From: Alphaproteobacteria bacterium
Lineage (GTDB): Bacteria; Pseudomonadota; Alphaproteobacteria; SP197
Direction: 5' to 3'
Assembly (NCBI GenBank): GCA_964291415.2
Contig: OZ219918.1
Location: forward strand, 1,216,001 to 1,280,000
DNA: 64,000 bases
In this document: piece after piece, positions 51,649-61,731 of the stretch
Numbering within the stretch: position 1 is the first letter of the stretch
Layout: the number at the start of each line of letters is the position of its first letter
Made by a program: the position numbers and the translations under genes
The notes under the pieces: generated by a model
What the model was told of the DNA's origin: nothing
Database searches by the model: none
Seen by the model: only the letters and a program-made list of their open reading frames with translations

Positions 51649-53235
51649 ATGCCTCTGCCACTTGTCCTGATAGGCGCAGCGGTGGCCGCAGGCGTTGCCA
51701 TCGGTATTGCCACCGCAGACGACAACGATGACGATGACATCAAGTCGCGCAATCGAGGACGGTCTGACTCGCGAAGAAGCCGCATGCCGCCCCGGGACGG
51801 TTCACGCTTGTCGCGCGAGGAAGTGGCGGGGGTCAGTGCGGGGGTGGCCGGTAGCGGAACGAACTATGCCGACAACGTCAGGTTCGGGGCCCAGCACGGT
51901 CATGGAGTCGCTGCCGAGAAAGCCAATCACCTCTTTGACACATTTACCGGCAAGGATGCCCGGGTCGTGGGTGGCGATAACGCGAAGGGCGGTCCGGATC
52001 GCATTGTCGGCGGCATCGAAATACAGACCAAATACTGCAGTAGTGGTGTGAAATGCATAGCTGAGTGCTTTGAAGGCGGCGAGTTTAGATATTTTGGTGG
52101 TGACGGTTCGCCCATGCAGATCGAGGTTCCCAGCGATATGTATGAAGGGGCCGTCAAAGCGATGGAAGGTCGCATCGCGAAGGGCCAGGTGAGCGGCGTT
52201 TCAGATCCAGCAAAGGCCAGGGAGATCGTACGCAAGGGACAATTCACCTATGCCCAAGCGAAGAACATTGCCCGTTTCGGCACGATCGAAAGCCTGACCT
52301 ACGATACGGTGAACGGCGTGAAGCTGGCCGCGCAAGCGATGGGTGTTTCCGCCGCGCTGTCGTTTGCGGTTTCGATTTGGAACGGCGAGGATCCCGAAAC
52401 GGCGTTGAGGCAGGCATGTGTAACGGGCATCAAGGTGGGAGGGATCGCCTGGGCTGGCAGCATCCTTGCGGCACAACTTGGCAGAACGGGAGTTGAGCAG
52501 ACACTTAGAGGAACCACTGACTGGGTTGTCAAGCAGATTGGGCCGAAGGCGGCCGCTACAGTAGCCAATGCTCTGCGGTCCGGCACATCGATCCACGGAG
52601 CCGCGGCGATTAACCATGTCAGTAAGCTGCTACGGGGGAACATCGTCACGGGAATCGCGACAACGGCAATCCTGTCCTCGGTTGACTTCGCTCGCATGTT
52701 CCAAGGAAGGATGTCGGGTGCCCAGCTGTTCAAGAACGTTGCCACAACCGCTTCGGGTGTCGCCGGCGGTACTGCGGGTTGGATGGCAGGCACCGCCATG
52801 GGCGCAGCCATCGGATCAGTTGTGCCTGGTGTCGGGACGGTCTTTGGCGGAGCTATCGGCGCCTTCGCAGGCGCGTTTGCGGGAGGGGCGGCAACATCGA
52901 AAGTGGTGACGGCTGTTCTGGATGAATTCATCGAAGACGATGCAAAAGAGATGCTGAAGATTGTTGAGAAGACCTTCGGGATCCTGTGCGTCGACTACCT
53001 GCTGAACGAGAAGGAAGCGCTTGCTGTCCTCGAAGAACTACAGAAGTTGGATCTGCCTGTCACTTTGAGGGATCTGTATGCATCGAATGATCGGAATGTC
53101 CACGCGCGCAGTGTTCTTGAACCGCTCGTGGAGGAACAGGTCAGAGCTAGAAAACGCATATTGCTTCCATCGAGCAACGACCTGGCGAAGCAAACCGGAG
53201 TCATCTTGCAGCAGGCGGCCGAAGCCGAACGTTGA
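51649..53235 (+). CDS. YeeR-like membrane protein: PD-(D/E)xK-like domain plus glycine-zipper helices
   Basis: GHGVAAEKANH...DNAKGGPDRIVGGIEIQTKYC...PMQIEVPSD closely resembles the E. coli YeeR C-terminal region (from recall). Long Gly/Ala hydrophobic helices follow. Confidence 0.65.
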   Translation: MPLPLVLIGAAVAAGVAIGIATADDNDDDDIKSRNRGRSDSRRSRMPPRDGSRLSREEVAGVSAGVAGSGTNYADNVRFGAQHGHGVAAEKANHLFDTFTGKDARVVGGDNAKGGPDRIVGGIEIQTKYCSSGVKCIAECFEGGEFRYFGGDGSPMQIEVPSDMYEGAVKAMEGRIAKGQVSGVSDPAKAREIVRKGQFTYAQAKNIARFGTIESLTYDTVNGVKLAAQAMGVSAALSFAVSIWNGEDPETALRQACVTGIKVGGIAWAGSILAAQLGRTGVEQTLRGTTDWVVKQIGPKAAATVANALRSGTSIHGAAAINHVSKLLRGNIVTGIATTAILSSVDFARMFQGRMSGAQLFKNVATTASGVAGGTAGWMAGTAMGAAIGSVVPGVGTVFGGAIGAFAGAFAGGAATSKVVTAVLDEFIEDDAKEMLKIVEKTFGILCVDYLLNEKEALAVLEELQKLDLPVTLRDLYASNDRNVHARSVLEPLVEEQVRARKRILLPSSNDLAKQTGVILQQAAEAER

Positions 53236-53720
53236 TGTCTTGAGAAGTTCAGCGCGCCATTCGATCGCCACACCAGAACGGGCCCCATCACGTGGCGGCG
53301 ATGTGCTGTCAACATGCACCGACCAGCGAACCAACAACGGATGGCTCGCAGGTGGTAACGCGCGTCGGCGTACGGCGAAGATCGCGGAGAAGGCGGTTTG
53401 ACCGCCACAAGCGGATTCTTCGACGGCAACCCATTACTATTGGGAGTTGGTTGCGGCCTGAAGTCACAGTCCCTCTTGCCGTTCCCACTCATCACGAACT
53501 CGGTAGCGATTACAATTTCGAGCAATTCCTAAGTGACCCGAGTTACGGATACGACGTCCAAGCATTCGCACGCGCACGACCTCATCGCTGTACCTTATTC
53601 AAATCGTTGGGGTTGATGGAGATCACGCAAATGAAGGCGGCACCAGTCGCACGCGCCCGCCGCGCAAGCGTGCAAGCAGCGGCGCAAACGTAAGCGTTCG
53701 GCGAGACCGCCCCGGCGAGA

Positions 53721-55257
53721 TCAGGCTTCGGCCTGCCGATCTTCCGCCGGCGCGGTGTTCCACGGCAGCAGTTCGTCGATGCGGTTGATCTTGTAGTCCG
53801 GGATTCGTTCAAGGACGTCGGCAAGCCAGGCCTGCGGGTCGAGGCCGTTGAGCTTGGCGGTCTCGGTCAGGGTGTAGGCGATGGCAGCGGCCTTGCCGCC
53901 GCTGGCCGAGCCCATGAAGAGATAGTTCTTCCTTCCCACCGCGATCGGTCGGATCGCGCGCTCCGCCGGCATTGTTATCGAGTTCCAGGAAGCCGTGCTC
54001 GAGATAAGGCCGCAGGCGCTTGATGCGGGTCAGCGCATAGCGGATCGCCGCCGCCAGAGGGGTCTTGGCGGAGATCTTCGGCAGTTGCGCGTGCAGCCAG
54101 CGCTCGAACTCGTCGAGGCGCGGCGCGGCCTTGCCGCGGCGGATGGCGACACGCCGCTCGGGGGGAAGGCCGCGGGCCTCCTTCTCGATCGCATAGAGGG
54201 CGGCGATCCGTTCCAGCGCCTCGGCGGCGATCGCCGAGCCCTGGGCGGCATGGACATCGAAGAACTTGCGCCGGATATGGGCCATGCAGGCGACCTCGCG
54301 GACCGGACCGGCGCGGGCCAGTGCACCGAACCCGGCATAGCCGTCCGAGTGCATCCAGCCGCTGAAGCCCGTCAGATGTTCCTGAGGATGCGCCGCCTTG
54401 CGGTCGGTCGAGAAGCGATACCAGGCCGCCGGCGCTGCCGCGCCCTGCCAGGGCCGCTCGTCCCGGACGTAGGTCCACACCCGCCCGGTCGCCGTCTTGC
54501 CGGTTCCCGGCGCCAGAAGCTTGACCGGGGTGTCGTCGGCGAACAACGCCTGGCCGGCCAGCACGTGGCGTCCGATCGCCTCGGCCAGCGGCTCCAGCAG
54601 CGCTGTGCTCTTGCCGACCCAGCCGGCCAGCGTCGAACGGTCGAGTTCCACGCCGTCGCGGGCGAAGATCCGGCTCATACGATACAGAGGCAAATGATCG
54701 CAGTACTTCGAGACCAGCACGTGCGCGAGAAGGCCGGGCCCCGGACGGCCGCGCTCGATCGGCCGCGGCGGCAAGGGTGTCTGGTGGAAGCGTTCGCAAC
54801 TGCCGCAGGCCAGGCGCGGGCGAACGATGCGCTTCACCACGAAGCGACCGGGGATGTACTCCAGCTCCTCGGTCACATCCTGGCCCAGCCGCTTGAGATG
54901 CCCGCCGCAGTCCGTGCAGCGTTCGCCTGGCGCCAGGATCGTCTCCTGGCGCGGCAGATGATCCGGCAAGGGGCGGCGTCTGGGTTGCTTCTTCGCAGGC
55001 GTCGGTGGTTCGGGCAGCGCCTCGGCCGTCTGGGCGATCTCCTCGTCCTCCAGGGCGAGCTCGAGCTGGTCGAGAGCTTCCGAAGAGGCGCCGAAGCGCT
55101 GCCGGCGCAGACCCGCAAGCTGATGCTTGAGCTTCTCGATCAGCAGATCGCGGTGGCGCAGCTCGGTGTCCCGCGCCGCCAGTTCGGCCCTGGAGGTCAG
55201 CACCATGGCCTTCAATGCAGCGATGTCGTCAGGCAGGGAATGGGCTTCGGCGAGCAT
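53721..55257 (-). pseudogene. tnpC: IS66 DDE transposase TnpC with +1 frameshift
   Basis: Zn-finger C..C, SKYCDHLPLYR, ADDTPV, CMAHIRRKF. ELDNNA|AERAIRP is broken by an extra G near 53965. Span 1537 nt = 3n+1. Confidence 0.88.
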
Positions 55258-55330
55258 GGCGGCAGCCTACCCGAAAGGGTCGGCGAAGGGAAGCCCGAAT
55301 CAACTCAACATGTTGTTAAAATGTCGTGAA

Positions 55331-55528
55331 TCAGCCCGCAGACAACGGCCTCCACGTCCGCACAGGGGCCCGCCAGTCGATCCCCTCCAGCAGCATCGAC
55401 AGCTGCGCCGGCGTCATCGTCACCTTGCCCCCGGACGCCGACGGCCACACGAAACGGCCGCGCTCCAGACGCTTCGAGAACAGGCATGCTCCCTGACCGT
55501 CCCACCAGATCACCTTGACCAGGTCGCC
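55331..55528 (-). pseudogene. tnpB: IS66 TnpB (Orf2), 3' half
   Basis: GDLVKVIWWDGQGACLFSKRLERGRFVWP...LLEGIDW. Confidence 0.9.
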
Positions 55529-55563
55529 TAACCTCATCTCATTCTGCATACCGTCATAGCTTC

Positions 55564-56010
55564 GTGACGGTGGAGTATCGGTGGCACCCCTTTCACGGGC
55601 GTCGCCTCCATGCCCGCAACGCCGGCCGTCGCGACGGAATCCTCCTTCTCGTTGACGGGGACCCGCACACGTCCCGCAAGGTGCCTGACTGGATGTGCGA
55701 TCCCGCCATCTGCCAAGCAATGACGCTGGGTCCACCGCTGGTTCGGCTCGACGCACTGTCCGAACTGTCGGCGGCCCTGGTGAGCCTGTTGCCGGGCGGA
55801 ACAGGCCCGTCATCATCGGCCTCCCCCCGGAAGGAGAATGCCGATGAAGTCACCGACGTCACGACCACGAACCCAACTCCGGTTGAGCCTGGAACCGCCG
55901 GTACCGGCGGCGCCGCGATCGGCGGCGCTGATGCGGGCTCTGGCGGATCTTCTGCTCGAAGCCCTGGATCCGGAGACCGTCACGACCGAGCCAAGGGAGG
56001 CGATCGATGA
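55564..56010 (+). CDS. small accessory protein (Y4bD/DUF5372-like, YRWHPFHG and VP.WM motifs)
   Basis: VEYRWHPFHGR...VPDWMCD...LDALSELSAAL is typical of ORFs preceding this recombinase class. Its C-terminal tail overlaps a second small ORF. Confidence 0.5.
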   Translation: MTVEYRWHPFHGRRLHARNAGRRDGILLLVDGDPHTSRKVPDWMCDPAICQAMTLGPPLVRLDALSELSAALVSLLPGGTGPSSSASPRKENADEVTDVTTTNPTPVEPGTAGTGGAAIGGADAGSGGSSARSPGSGDRHDRAKGGDR

Positions 56011-56029
56011 ACTCCAAGATCACGTCTGA
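55844..56029 (+). CDS. small accessory ORF upstream of the recombinase
   Basis: AAGGAG RBS and sequence QLRLSL...LMRALADLLLEA. Confidence 0.45.
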   Translation: MKSPTSRPRTQLRLSLEPPVPAAPRSAALMRALADLLLEALDPETVTTEPREAIDELQDHV

Positions 56030-58091
56030 GCATCTTTGCCGCGGCGCCACCGTCTACATCCGCCAGTCCACGCCGGTGCAGGTGCTGGAGAACACCGAGA
56101 GCCAGAGGCGGCAATACGGGCTGGTGGATTCGGCCAAGGCCGCTGGATTCGCGTCGGTGACGGTGATCGACGACGATCTTGGCCGTTCTGGCTCCGGGGT
56201 GGCGGACCGTCCCGGGTTCCAGAAGCTGGCCGCCGCGGTGTGTGCCGGATCGGTCGGCGCGGTGTTCTGCATTGAGGCGTCCAGGCTCGCCCGCAATGGC
56301 CGGGACTGGCATCATCTGATCGACCTGTGCGCACTGGCCGGCGCACTGGTCATTGATCCGGACGGGACCTACGATCCGCGCCTGATCAACGACCGGCTAT
56401 TGCTCGGGCTGAAGGGGACGATGTCGGAGTATGAGCTGAGCCTGCTGCGCCAGCGCGGCCTCGCCGCCCGGGACGCCAAGGCCGGGCGCGGCGAGCTTCG
56501 GTTCACCCTGCCGCCGGGCTATTGCTGGGCCGAGAACGGGCGCATCGAGATCGACCCCGACGAGCGCGTGGCGGACGCGATCCGTCTGGTGTTCGAGAAG
56601 TTCCGGGAACTCGGCAGCTCGCGCCAGGTGTATCTATGGTTCCTGGCTGCCGGGCTGAGCCTGCCGGTGGTGCGGCGCAACTCCGTCGCGCGCCATATCG
56701 AGTGGCGGTCGGCGGCCTACCACACGGTGCGCCAGATTCTGAAGAGCCCGATCTATGCCGGGGCCTACGCCTTCGGGCGGACCGCGGGGCGAACCCGGAT
56801 CGTGGACGGGCGGGCTCGGAAGACCGAGGGGCACAAGCGCCCGATTACTGACTGGAGGGTGCTGCTGCGCGACAACCACGAGGGCTACATCACCTGGGAG
56901 CGTTTCGAGGAGAACCAGAGGACGCTGCTTGAGAATGCTCACATGAAGAAGCGTGCCTCGCGAAAGTCGGGCCGGGGCGGCCGGGCCCTGTTGACCGGCC
57001 TGGCGCGCTGCGGGCGCTGCGGGCGCATGATGCGGGTGTTCTACCAGGGCCGGTCGAATCATCCGTATCGCTACCAGTGCCGGGGAGACTCCAACGGCGC
57101 AGGTCTGTGCAATGGCATCGGCGGGTTGCGTATCGACCGCGCTGTCGCCGCGTGCATTCTGGATGCGGTCTCGCCGCACGCTGTGGAGGCGGCAATGCAG
57201 GCGGCCGAGCAAGCTGACCGGGCAGCGGTCGAGCGCCGGCGCGCCGTGGAGCGCGAGCTTGAGGAGGCCGAGTACGAAGCCTCGCTCGCGGCCCGGCGCT
57301 ACGAGCTGGTCGATCCCGCCAAGCGGCACGTCGCGCGGGAGCTGGAGGCGCGGTGGAACACCGCGCTTGAGCGCGTCGAGCAGATCGCGCAACGCCTGGT
57401 CGGCCTGGACGCCGAGCGGGCGTCGCGTCCCTCGATCGATCGGGCGGCGCTGATGGATCTGGCGCAGGATCTTCCCGCGGTGTGGAACGCGCCGACGACG
57501 AGTGCGGGGGCGAAGCAGCGTTTGATCCGTACCCTGATCGAGGAAGTGGTGATCGGCCTGGATGATGAGGCCAACGAGGCGGTCCTGACGATCCACTGGG
57601 TGGGCGGGCGCCACAGCGAGACGCGGGTCCCGCGGAGGAGGACCGGCGGATATCCGTCCGACCGCAAGCCCGATCCGGTCGAGGTCATGTGCAAGCTTGG
57701 CGGTTGCTTCCCCGACCGCGATCTTGCGGTGACGATGAACAGAATGCGATGCAGGACCGAAGACGGCGGCACCTGGACGATGGTACGAGTCCGCGAGCTC
57801 CGGGAGCGCTTGGGTATCGCCGCGTTCGATCCGGCGACGTCAGGTCCCGAGACGATTAGCGCCCAAGAGACGGCACATCGCCTTGGGATCTACATCACCT
57901 CGGTCCATCAACTCATCCGCGAAGGCACGTTGCCGGCGAGACAACTCATGCCATCGGCTCCGTGGCAGATCCCGGTCGAAGCACTCGAAAGCGAGGCGGT
58001 TCGGATAGGCGTGCGAGAAATCATTGCGCGCCGTCCCGGCAATACCACGCAATTACAAAATCTTAACATTCCCAGGCTGCCGGGGATCTAA
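56007..58091 (+). CDS. large serine recombinase
   Basis: YIRQST (catalytic Ser), [17 protein letters not shown], Zn ribbon CGRCG, coiled coil, C-terminal HTH. Confidence 0.93.
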   Translation: MNSKITSEHLCRGATVYIRQSTPVQVLENTESQRRQYGLVDSAKAAGFASVTVIDDDLGRSGSGVADRPGFQKLAAAVCAGSVGAVFCIEASRLARNGRDWHHLIDLCALAGALVIDPDGTYDPRLINDRLLLGLKGTMSEYELSLLRQRGLAARDAKAGRGELRFTLPPGYCWAENGRIEIDPDERVADAIRLVFEKFRELGSSRQVYLWFLAAGLSLPVVRRNSVARHIEWRSAAYHTVRQILKSPIYAGAYAFGRTAGRTRIVDGRARKTEGHKRPITDWRVLLRDNHEGYITWERFEENQRTLLENAHMKKRASRKSGRGGRALLTGLARCGRCGRMMRVFYQGRSNHPYRYQCRGDSNGAGLCNGIGGLRIDRAVAACILDAVSPHAVEAAMQAAEQADRAAVERRRAVERELEEAEYEASLAARRYELVDPAKRHVARELEARWNTALERVEQIAQRLVGLDAERASRPSIDRAALMDLAQDLPAVWNAPTTSAGAKQRLIRTLIEEVVIGLDDEANEAVLTIHWVGGRHSETRVPRRRTGGYPSDRKPDPVEVMCKLGGCFPDRDLAVTMNRMRCRTEDGGTWTMVRVRELRERLGIAAFDPATSGPETISAQETAHRLGIYITSVHQLIREGTLPARQLMPSAPWQIPVEALESEAVRIGVREIIARRPGNTTQLQNLNIPRLPGI

Positions 58092-58117
58092 GAATGGGGA
58101 CGCACAATGTCACACGA

Positions 58118-58272
58118 TCGCCCCGGCGGCCCCGGAACACGAACAGATGCCCGCTGTAGGGATCCGCCTTGAGCACCTCCTCGGCCAGCGCCGCCAGGCC
58201 CGGAAAGCCCTTGCGCATGTCCGTCACGCCGCTCGACAGCCAGACCCGGGTCGAAGACGGAACCGGAATCAT
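58118..58272 (-). pseudogene. tnpB: IS66 TnpB (Orf2), 5' half
   Basis: [26 protein letters not shown]...[12 protein letters not shown]. Confidence 0.9.
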
Positions 58273-58622
58273 CTCAGCAGCGCCCGCACCACGCGACACA
58301 GGGCATCCACGTCGAACGACCCGCTCGCGCTCACCCGGTGGCCGCTCGCCAGCGCCACCTCGATGCGGCCGTCCGATGCCGCGGGCGCCGCCGATGGCGG
58401 CGACAAGGGCTCGGGAACCACCTCGACAGGCAGGAACGAGGTCTCGGCCTCGCCATCCCCGGCCCGCCGGAAGCGGGGATCGCGACGCCACTTGAAGATC
58501 AGGTTGGCGTTGACGTCATAGCGGCGTCCCACCTGGGACACCGAAACCCCCGGCGCCCAGGTCTGCGCCACGATCCGGCGCTTCTCGTCCTCCGACCAGA
58601 ACCGGCGTACTCGACGCGCCAC
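58269..58622 (-). CDS. tnpA: IS66 accessory HTH protein TnpA
   Basis: [13 protein letters not shown]...[27 protein letters not shown]. Confidence 0.9.
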   Translation of the reverse strand: MARRVRRFWSEDEKRRIVAQTWAPGVSVSQVGRRYDVNANLIFKWRRDPRFRRAGDGEAETSFLPVEVVPEPLSPPSAAPAASDGRIEVALASGHRVSASGSFDVDALCRVVRALLR

Positions 58623-58637
58623 CGCAAAAGCCTCCTC

Positions 58638-58672
58638 CGATGGTGTCCACCAACCGATGGTGGACACCATCG
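58638..58672. promoter_or_regulatory. 15-bp perfect inverted repeat upstream of tnpA
   Basis: CGATGGTGTCCACCA-accga-TGGTGGACACCATCG. Confidence 0.6.
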
Positions 58673-58879
58673 AGCACTGGACCGACACCATCCGAATCTG
58701 CAGCTCCGCACTGAGCAGCCGCAAGGGCGGTCAGACCGAACGCTTACGCGCAAACTGGAGACGGGAGCCGCTGAATCTCATGGCGGAGACGGTAATGCGC
58801 GTGTATCTCTTGCGTTCATTTGTTTGTTCCGTGAGCAGTACGTCGAGGTTCTCGTGTCCCAAGGCGCCCCGAAGCGACC

Positions 58880-59100
58880 CATGGCGTCCCAGTCACCGGG
58901 AGTGGCCGCCGCCTCGGCGTCGCGAACCAAGCAGGAGGATCGAGCGTTCATTTGCACCGAGGTGTGACCGAGCAGTGTCCCGATTATCAACAGGGGTTCC
59001 CCGAGGGCGCAGGCAGGCGAAGCGCACCCGAGCCGGAAGTCATGAATGCGCACATCTTCCAGTTCGGCCCGCTCGCGTCTGCGCTCCGTGCAACACTTGA
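58880..59100 (-). pseudogene. tyrosine integrase C-terminal relic
   Basis: LEDVRIHDFRLGCAS...IGTLLGHTSVQMNARS. The catalytic Tyr is lost. Confidence 0.7.
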
Positions 59101-59529
59101 CGTGTCGGCAGGGATCGGATCCGGACGACCGCAGGCACCACGCCCGACGAGCGAGAGCATCGTGGAGAGAATGCAGGCGTCCGGTTCGCCTGGTGGGGCG
59201 CGACACGCAGGTAGAAGTGCAGCCTGTCGATGTCCTTGCGTTCCACCACGCAGAACCGCATTGCGACGACACACCCTGCAGCCGGCGCCGCCTCAAGCGC
59301 CCTACGAAGTCGCGTCAGGCGAGCAGACACGGTGTTGACAGCACCTCCGGCGGAACCTTCATCGAGGAAGCAGTGCAGCCATCGGGAACACCATGTGTGC
59401 ACCCGCGGTGCTGAACCGAAAATGTAACTAACTGCATGCACGGCCTTTTCTCTCTCACGATTCTATGCCTGGGGCACGGAAACAGGTCGTTTCCCTGCCC
59501 TCGGTGCAACACGCGAGGGAGAGAAAACC

Positions 59530-60012
59530 ATGGCGACCAGCCGTCTCACGCAACGCAGGATCGACGCCCAAAGGCCGCGCAAGAAGGTCTGTGCCATCCG
59601 CGATACCGACATCAAGGGGTTCGGTCTTCGTATTCTGCCTTCCGGGCGCAAGCACTTCCTGCACAGCCAGGTCAACGGTAGACGCGTCTGGCATGTCATC
59701 GGGAGTGTCACGTCCATCACGCTCGACGAGGCACGCCACGAGGCACGAGGCATCCTGACAGCGAGACGCGAGGGTAACGATCCTCCTAGCGATATCGCTC
59801 CCGACCCTCCGTTCGAGACGGTGGCCGACGAGGTCTTCCGGCGATATCGGCGTCACTGGAAGGCAAGCACCTTCAAGGTCAACGCCTACTACTACAGGAA
59901 ACGGATCCTGCCCTGGTTTGGAGGCATGGCCATCCGCAGCATCACGCGTGCCGACGTTCAGCGATGGTTCGCCTCGCTCCATGCCACGCCGGCAGCTGCG
60001 GACCGTTCGTAA
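59530..60012 (+). pseudogene. tyrosine integrase N-terminus (arm-binding and SAM-like domains), truncated by an IS66 end
   Basis: RLTQRRID...IRDTDIKGFGLRILPSGRK...ITLDEAR...ITRADVQRWF. The stop codon comes from the GTAA of the IS end. Confidence 0.8.
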
Positions 60013-60624
60013 GCGGACATTTTGCGACGCCCTTGACGCCGGGCGTCCCGCACCCCTGACCAACTTGTGATTTTCAGGCTGCCTGCGGCAGCTTCGTGGG
60101 GACGGCCTTGCCGACGTCGGATGTCATCGGGTTGTCGGCGAAGCGCTCCTTCCACAGACGCGCCCGCCGCAGGATCCCCTGCTCAAGGCCATCGGCTACG
60201 CCCGCAACCACAGGAGCGGCCTCGAGGTCTGCCTCCAGGATCCCGCCGTGGCAATCGACACGAACCATCTCGAAAGGTGCGTCAGGCCGGTCGCGCTGGG
60301 ACGCCGCAACTGGCTGTTCTGCTGGAGCGAGGCGGGCGCGGAAGCCGTCGGCATCCTGCAGAGCTTGGTGCTGACATGCCGCCTGCACGGTATCGATCCC
60401 TACACGTGGCTGGTCGACGTTCTGCTGCGGGTCTCGACCCATCCCGCCCGGGATGTGGCCCAGCTGACGCCACGCCTGTGGAAGGACCACTTCGCTGAGA
60501 ACCCGATGACATCCGACATCAGCAGGGCCGTGCTCGCGAAGGTGCCGCAGGCAGCCTGAAAATCACAAGTTGGTCAGGGGTGCGGGAAGCCCGGCGTCAA
60601 GGACGTCGCAAAATGACCGGATAC
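60009..60624. mobile_element. head-to-head fusion of two IS66 right ends with tnpC 3' fragments
   Basis: About 155-bp imperfect inverted repeat (60009-60163 vs about 60470-60624), ends GTAAGCGGACATTTTGCGAC and GTATCCGGTCATTTTGCGAC. Internal IDTNHLERCVRPVALGRRNWLF. No TSD. Confidence 0.85.
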
Positions 60625-60636
60625 GGCCCAACGGCG

Positions 60637-61731
60637 CTAGTCCAACCGAAAAACGTCATTGTCGAGGTCGTCAACCGCCTGCCTTCGCTGTTCCCGGGCC
60701 TGTCGGGCTGCACCGACGAGTTCGACCGAGCGCTTCACCTCGCCGACGCAGCGCATGGCGTCGTCATAACCCTGCTCGATCCAGGAGTGAATATCCGCCG
60801 AAAAGTTGAACATATCCCGCTTCTCGCCCGCAAAGCCTTCCTTTCGCCTCATTGTGCGGCCCGGTCGGATTTCAAGGACGACCGTGTTCGGAAACCTGTT
60901 CCGCGGCCAGGGCGAACCTTCGGACGAATGGGTGACAATAAGGTGGGTGCAACCGGCGTGCTCGACCAGAGGTTCGGCCGGAGTGTTCCCCTGCCTCGTG
61001 CGGTAGCCGCCCAACACGCCGTCCACAAACCGCCGGTTATCCGGCCCGAGCCTGCGGGCCTGCAACACGATCGGCATGGCAGCCGAGGCCAGGATTGTCG
61101 CTTTGCGTTCATCACGCGGAAGCGACTGGATGTGGCGGAATTCGGACGGCGGCGTGTCCCACAACTCCAGCAGCATGCCACCAAGAGCAAGCGAGTCGGT
61201 CAACATCTCCTCACTCGCGAAGATCGACACGTAGAGGGGCAGCCCTTCTCCCTTCAGAAGAAGCTTCATGCCGCGATCGAGCATTTTCTCAAGTGATGCC
61301 GCGTCCGCCAGTTCAAGAGAGAGAAAACCAACCTTCCTGAGCGCTGCGGCAAGAACAGCTGCAACATCTACAGCCTTTGCATATCGGGGGTCCTCTTCAT
61401 ACCGAGGATGATTGCGAGCCCGCCCCAGAATCATGGGCAGGCCTACCCCGAGGACGAACTTGCCTGGTTGCCACTCGAGCGGGCTGTTTCCGATCAGCCT
61501 GGTCCAGAGTTCCTCCAGTTCGATCGCTGCTTTCTTCAAGTCGCCGTTGGCTTCGGAAACCACGACGCCATTCATCGCGCCTGCGCTGGCCCCGGCCACC
61601 GCATGGACATGGACATCGAGTTCGGCCAGCGCCTTGACGACGCCCGCCTGATAGGCGGCCGAGGCCCCGCCGCCGGACAACACCAACCCGACTCTGGCTT
61701 CCTTCGAATTCAACGCGATCTCCTTCGTCAC
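60637..61731 (-). CDS. patatin-like phospholipase
   Basis: LVLSGGGA, GASAG nucleophile elbow, ASAAMP, FVDG. Confidence 0.9.
   Translation of the reverse strand: MTKEIALNSKEARVGLVLSGGGASAAYQAGVVKALAELDVHVHAVAGASAGAMNGVVVSEANGDLKKAAIELEELWTRLIGNSPLEWQPGKFVLGVGLPMILGRARNHPRYEEDPRYAKAVDVAAVLAAALRKVGFLSLELADAASLEKMLDRGMKLLLKGEGLPLYVSIFASEEMLTDSLALGGMLLELWDTPPSEFRHIQSLPRDERKATILASAAMPIVLQARRLGPDNRRFVDGVLGGYRTRQGNTPAEPLVEHAGCTHLIVTHSSEGSPWPRNRFPNTVVLEIRPGRTMRRKEGFAGEKRDMFNFSADIHSWIEQGYDDAMRCVGEVKRSVELVGAARQAREQRRQAVDDLDNDVFRLD

Larger units (their letters stand above)
55524..58122 (+). mobile_element. large-serine-recombinase mini-element inserted in IS66 tnpB
   Basis: Direct core TCGCC at 55524-55528 and 58118-58122. 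Removing the insert restores a 348-nt tnpB frame (RGRRGDLVKV). Confidence 0.88.
53690..58747 (-). mobile_element. IS66-family element (tnpA-tnpB-tnpC) carrying a nested recombinase element
   Basis: TIRs GTAAGCGTTCGGCGAGACCGCCC and GTAAGCGTTCGGTCTGACCGCCC (20/23). Perfect 8-bp TSD GCGCAAAC at 53682-53689 and 58748-58755. Confidence 0.95.

Noticed and set aside
53236-53689. ORF fragments between the YeeR-like gene and IS66
   Set aside because: No recognisable motifs or RBS. Cannot be supported as a gene.
58880-60012. The two tyrosine-integrase fragments as halves of one gene
   Set aside because: They are divergently oriented and differ greatly in decay, so they are more likely separate relics.
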